Positions 49,684 through 64,000 of a stretch of DNA of 64,000 nt are shown here, in pieces; positions within the stretch are counted from its first letter, which is position 1; every line of letters starts with the position of its first letter. The notes below the pieces were generated by a model. That model did no database searches, was not told where the DNA came from, and saw only the letters and a program-made list of their open reading frames with translations. The DNA comes from the human T2T-CHM13v2.0 reference genome, Homo sapiens: the NCBI RefSeq assembly GCF_009914755.1, contig NC_060940.1; one strand, given 5' to 3'. A program made the position numbers and the translations under genes.

Positions 49684-51630
49684 ATGAAGGTCAAGGTCAT
49701 CCCCGTGCTCGAGGACAACTACATGTACCTGGTCATCGAGGAGCTCACGCGCGAGGCGGTGGCCGTGGACGTGGCTGTGCCCAAGAGGGTGAGGGCAGGC
49801 TGCGGGCCGCAGGGACCCGGCCGTGTCCCCCGAGAGCCTCCCCGACCCCCCTGGTAGGAGCGAGCCCCCACGTGCTCTGCTCTCCGGAAGTCATTGGCGG
49901 CTGGGGTTCCTTGTTTATCTTGGGGCTCCCTGAAGTTACGGCACCTCTGGCCTCCGCCCTTTCGCTGCTGCCTGGCGGTCCCTGCACGCGCTGGGCGCAG
50001 TCACCGCCCGCTGGGTCCCCGCTCCCCGGCGCTCCCCGGGGCTCTGGCCGGCCTGGGGCAGTGAGCGCGGCGGATCCCGATATGGAGGGAGTGGGCCACC
50101 GGGACCGTCTGTGTTACCGTCACTCCCGTCCCTTTCAGCTGCTGGAGATCGTGGGCCGGGAGGGGGTGTCTCTGACCGCTGTGCTGACCACCCACCATCA
50201 CTGGTGAGCGCCGGCGGGGCGCGGGGAGGCACGAGGACGCCGCCTTGTCCCAACCCGACCTAACCCGGCCCCCGCCCGCCCGCCCGCAGGGACCACGCGC
50301 GGGGAAACCCGGAGCTGGCGCGGCTTCGTCCCGGGCTGGCGGTGCTGGGCGCGGACGAGCGCATCTTCTCGCTGACGCGCAGGCTGGCGCACGGCGAGGA
50401 GCTGCGGGTGAGCGCGCGCTCCCGGGAGGGGCGGGGAGGGCGCCCCGGGTCCACCCGCCCTCACAGGTCCGCCTGCTCCTCCGCCGCAGTTCGGGGCCAT
50501 CCACGTGCGTTGCCTCCTGACGCCCGGCCACACCGCCGGCCACATGAGCTACTTCCTGTGGGAGGACGATTGCCCGGACCCACCCGCCCTGTTCTCGGGT
50601 ACCCGCAGCGCGGAGCGCGCCCACCCCGCCTCCCGCCGGCCCCGCCCCATCTGCTCTGACCCGCCCTCCCCCGCCAGGCGACGCGCTGTCGGTGGCCGGC
50701 TGCGGCTCGTGCCTGGAGGGCAGCGCCCAGCAGATGTACCAGAGCCTGGCCGAGCTGGGTACCCTGCCCCCCGAGACGGTGAGCGGGCCTGGGCCCTCCC
50801 CTCTTCTCCCGTGGGCACAGCCCCCACGCTCCGCACCCTCACTGTGCTAGGGGTGCAGAGTGAATGCCCACCTGAGGGCAGACCGGGCAGGGGAGGCCAG
50901 GCCCCCGGCGCAAGCACTTTCCCCGCTTCCTGGCCGCGTGCGCGCTCACCGAGCGCTCTTCCTCCAGAAGGTGTTCTGCGGCCACGAGCACACGCTTAGC
51001 AACCTGGAGTTTGCCCAGAAAGTGGAGCCCTGCAACGACCACGTGAGAGCCAAGCTGTCCTGGGCTAAGGCACGGCCCCTTTCCCGCCGCGGCAAGAGGG
51101 TGGGGGGGGAGGGAACAGGCTTCGGGGTGGGGGGGGCTCTCAGACAAGGCCTAATGGTGACCGGGGCCTGTGGTCACTCCAGAAGAGGGATGAGGATGAC
51201 GTGCCCACTGTGCCGTCGACTCTGGGCGAGGAGCGCCTCTACAACCCCTTCCTGCGGGTGGCGTGAGTATGGCTGTTGTCCCGGGGCCTCCACCGTTACG
51301 TGGACCCTTAGGAAGGCATCTGGGGACTGCGTGTTGGGCTGAGTGAGCATCTCTGGCTTGGGGGAGGCTGCTCATTAAGTGCCTGCCTGCCCGCCCACCC
51401 CTCGGCGCCATGCTCCCGCGTGGGCAGCGGGCCCTGCGCCTCACTGCACCCCTCCCTGCAGAGAGGAGCCGGTGCGCAAGTTCACGGGCAAGGCGGTCCC
51501 CGCCGACGTCCTGGAGGCGCTATGCAAGGAGCGGGCGCGCTTCGAACAGGCGGGCGAGCCGCGGCAGCCACAGGCGCGGGCCCTCCTTGCGCTGCAGTGG
51601 GGGCTCCTGAGTGCAGCCCCACACGACTGA
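49684..51630 (+). CDS. HAGHL: Hydroxyacylglutathione hydrolase-like (metallo-beta-lactamase fold), 282 aa
   Basis: Exons 49684-49788, 50139-50203, 50290-50407, 50490-50598, 50678-50778, 50968-51069, 51183-51262, 51462-51630 total 849 nt; THHHWDH, TPGHT, FCGHEHT, NPFLRV; one GC-AG intron; AATAAA 51871-51876. Confidence 0.96.
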
Positions 51631-52590
51631 GCCACCCAGACCCTCACAGGGCTGGGGCCTGCGTCCCTCCTCGTGACCTCGGCCAGCTGGACCCACATGA
51701 GGGCCACCTCTGGAACCTTCTTCGAGGCCCTGGCCAGCCATCTGCCCAGCCTCGGAGGGTGGGCAACCTGGTGCTTCCCGGGTGGACACACAGGACCACT
51801 CAGTGGGGCCTGTGTGGGCGCCGAGACCTGGGTGTCTGGGAAGTGGGGCACACGGGGCCTCCCAACTATGAATAAAGCTTTGAAAGGCCGTTGTCAGTGT
51901 TGGCAGATGTGCCAGGAGAGGAGCTGTTTTCGTAGGCGTGTTTTAGGAGGGGTGCGTTTATTAGACAAACGCTGGGAGACAGGCCTGGTGGGGACCTGGC
52001 TGGGGGATGATGCAGCCCGCGATGGCTGCTGCTTCGTACTTGGCTTGCCCCGGACCACAGCCTCGTAACGGTAACCCCTGCTTTCCAGGGGCCTGGCACC
52101 CCCCCCTGCCAGGGTCCACACGCAGGGTTGTGGCGGGACCACCCCTGCAGGTCCAGCTCTGTCTCCCACCTTTTGCACAGAGCTTCAAGGGAAGCCTCCA
52201 GAAGTCAGGGGTGAGAACCCGTCTTGCTCTGCCTCAGGCAACCCCGGGACAGGCTGAAGCCCCTCACGCACTTGGGTGCCCGACCAGCAGCAGCAAGGGC
52301 AGCACCTGTGGGCCTCGGCCCAGGGCCAACGGAACAGGCTCTGGGACCTCAGGGAACCTTCTGCTGCCTGGGCCACCCCACCCCACCTGGGCAGAGCCAG
52401 TGGGAACCCAGAGGCACCCAACTGGAGGTGACGAGGCGGCTGCGGGTCCTGGCTAGTCCTAGCTCCTACTCGGGTCCCAGCACACCCTGCAGCTCACTCA
52501 GAATTTTGGGGGAAGCCCTGGGGTCTTGGGGCATGTGGTTCTGCTGTCACACATGGACACGGCCTCCTGGGAGTCCTGGTCCTGCAGCCC

Positions 52591-64000
<11,410 letters not shown>

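Overview
Human (primate) genomic DNA from the GC-rich, gene-dense 16p13.3 region, recognised from the encoded proteins. Gene order: RHBDL1 3' end (+), STUB1 (+), JMJD8 (-), WDR24 (-), FBXL16 (-), METRN (+), ANTKMT/FAM173A (+), CCDC78 (-), HAGHL (+), CIAO3/NARFL (-). I traced all coding exons by hand; they splice to intact ORFs of 303, 264, 790, 479, 293, 235, 470, 282 and 476 aa. The window also holds about 20 Alus, old LINE/SINE fragments, several VNTRs and CpG islands. Top finding: the apparently non-coding stretch divergent from STUB1 (about 719-1880, minus strand) is a five-exon decayed gene with a poly(A) signal. It reconstructs to a ~230-aa helix-hairpin-helix (HhH) DNA-glycosylase-like protein resembling the Amun/zgc:112496 family, so it is probably a unitary pseudogene. 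Other notable items: a chain of stop-start uORFs ending in a 194-aa overlapping ORF in the FBXL16 leader; a uORF-rich WDR24 leader; four RFX X-box motifs at exact 17-bp spacing; a recursive-splice-type ANTKMT exon; a candidate CIAO3 poison exon; and splice switches that change the C-termini of CCDC78 and HAGHL.
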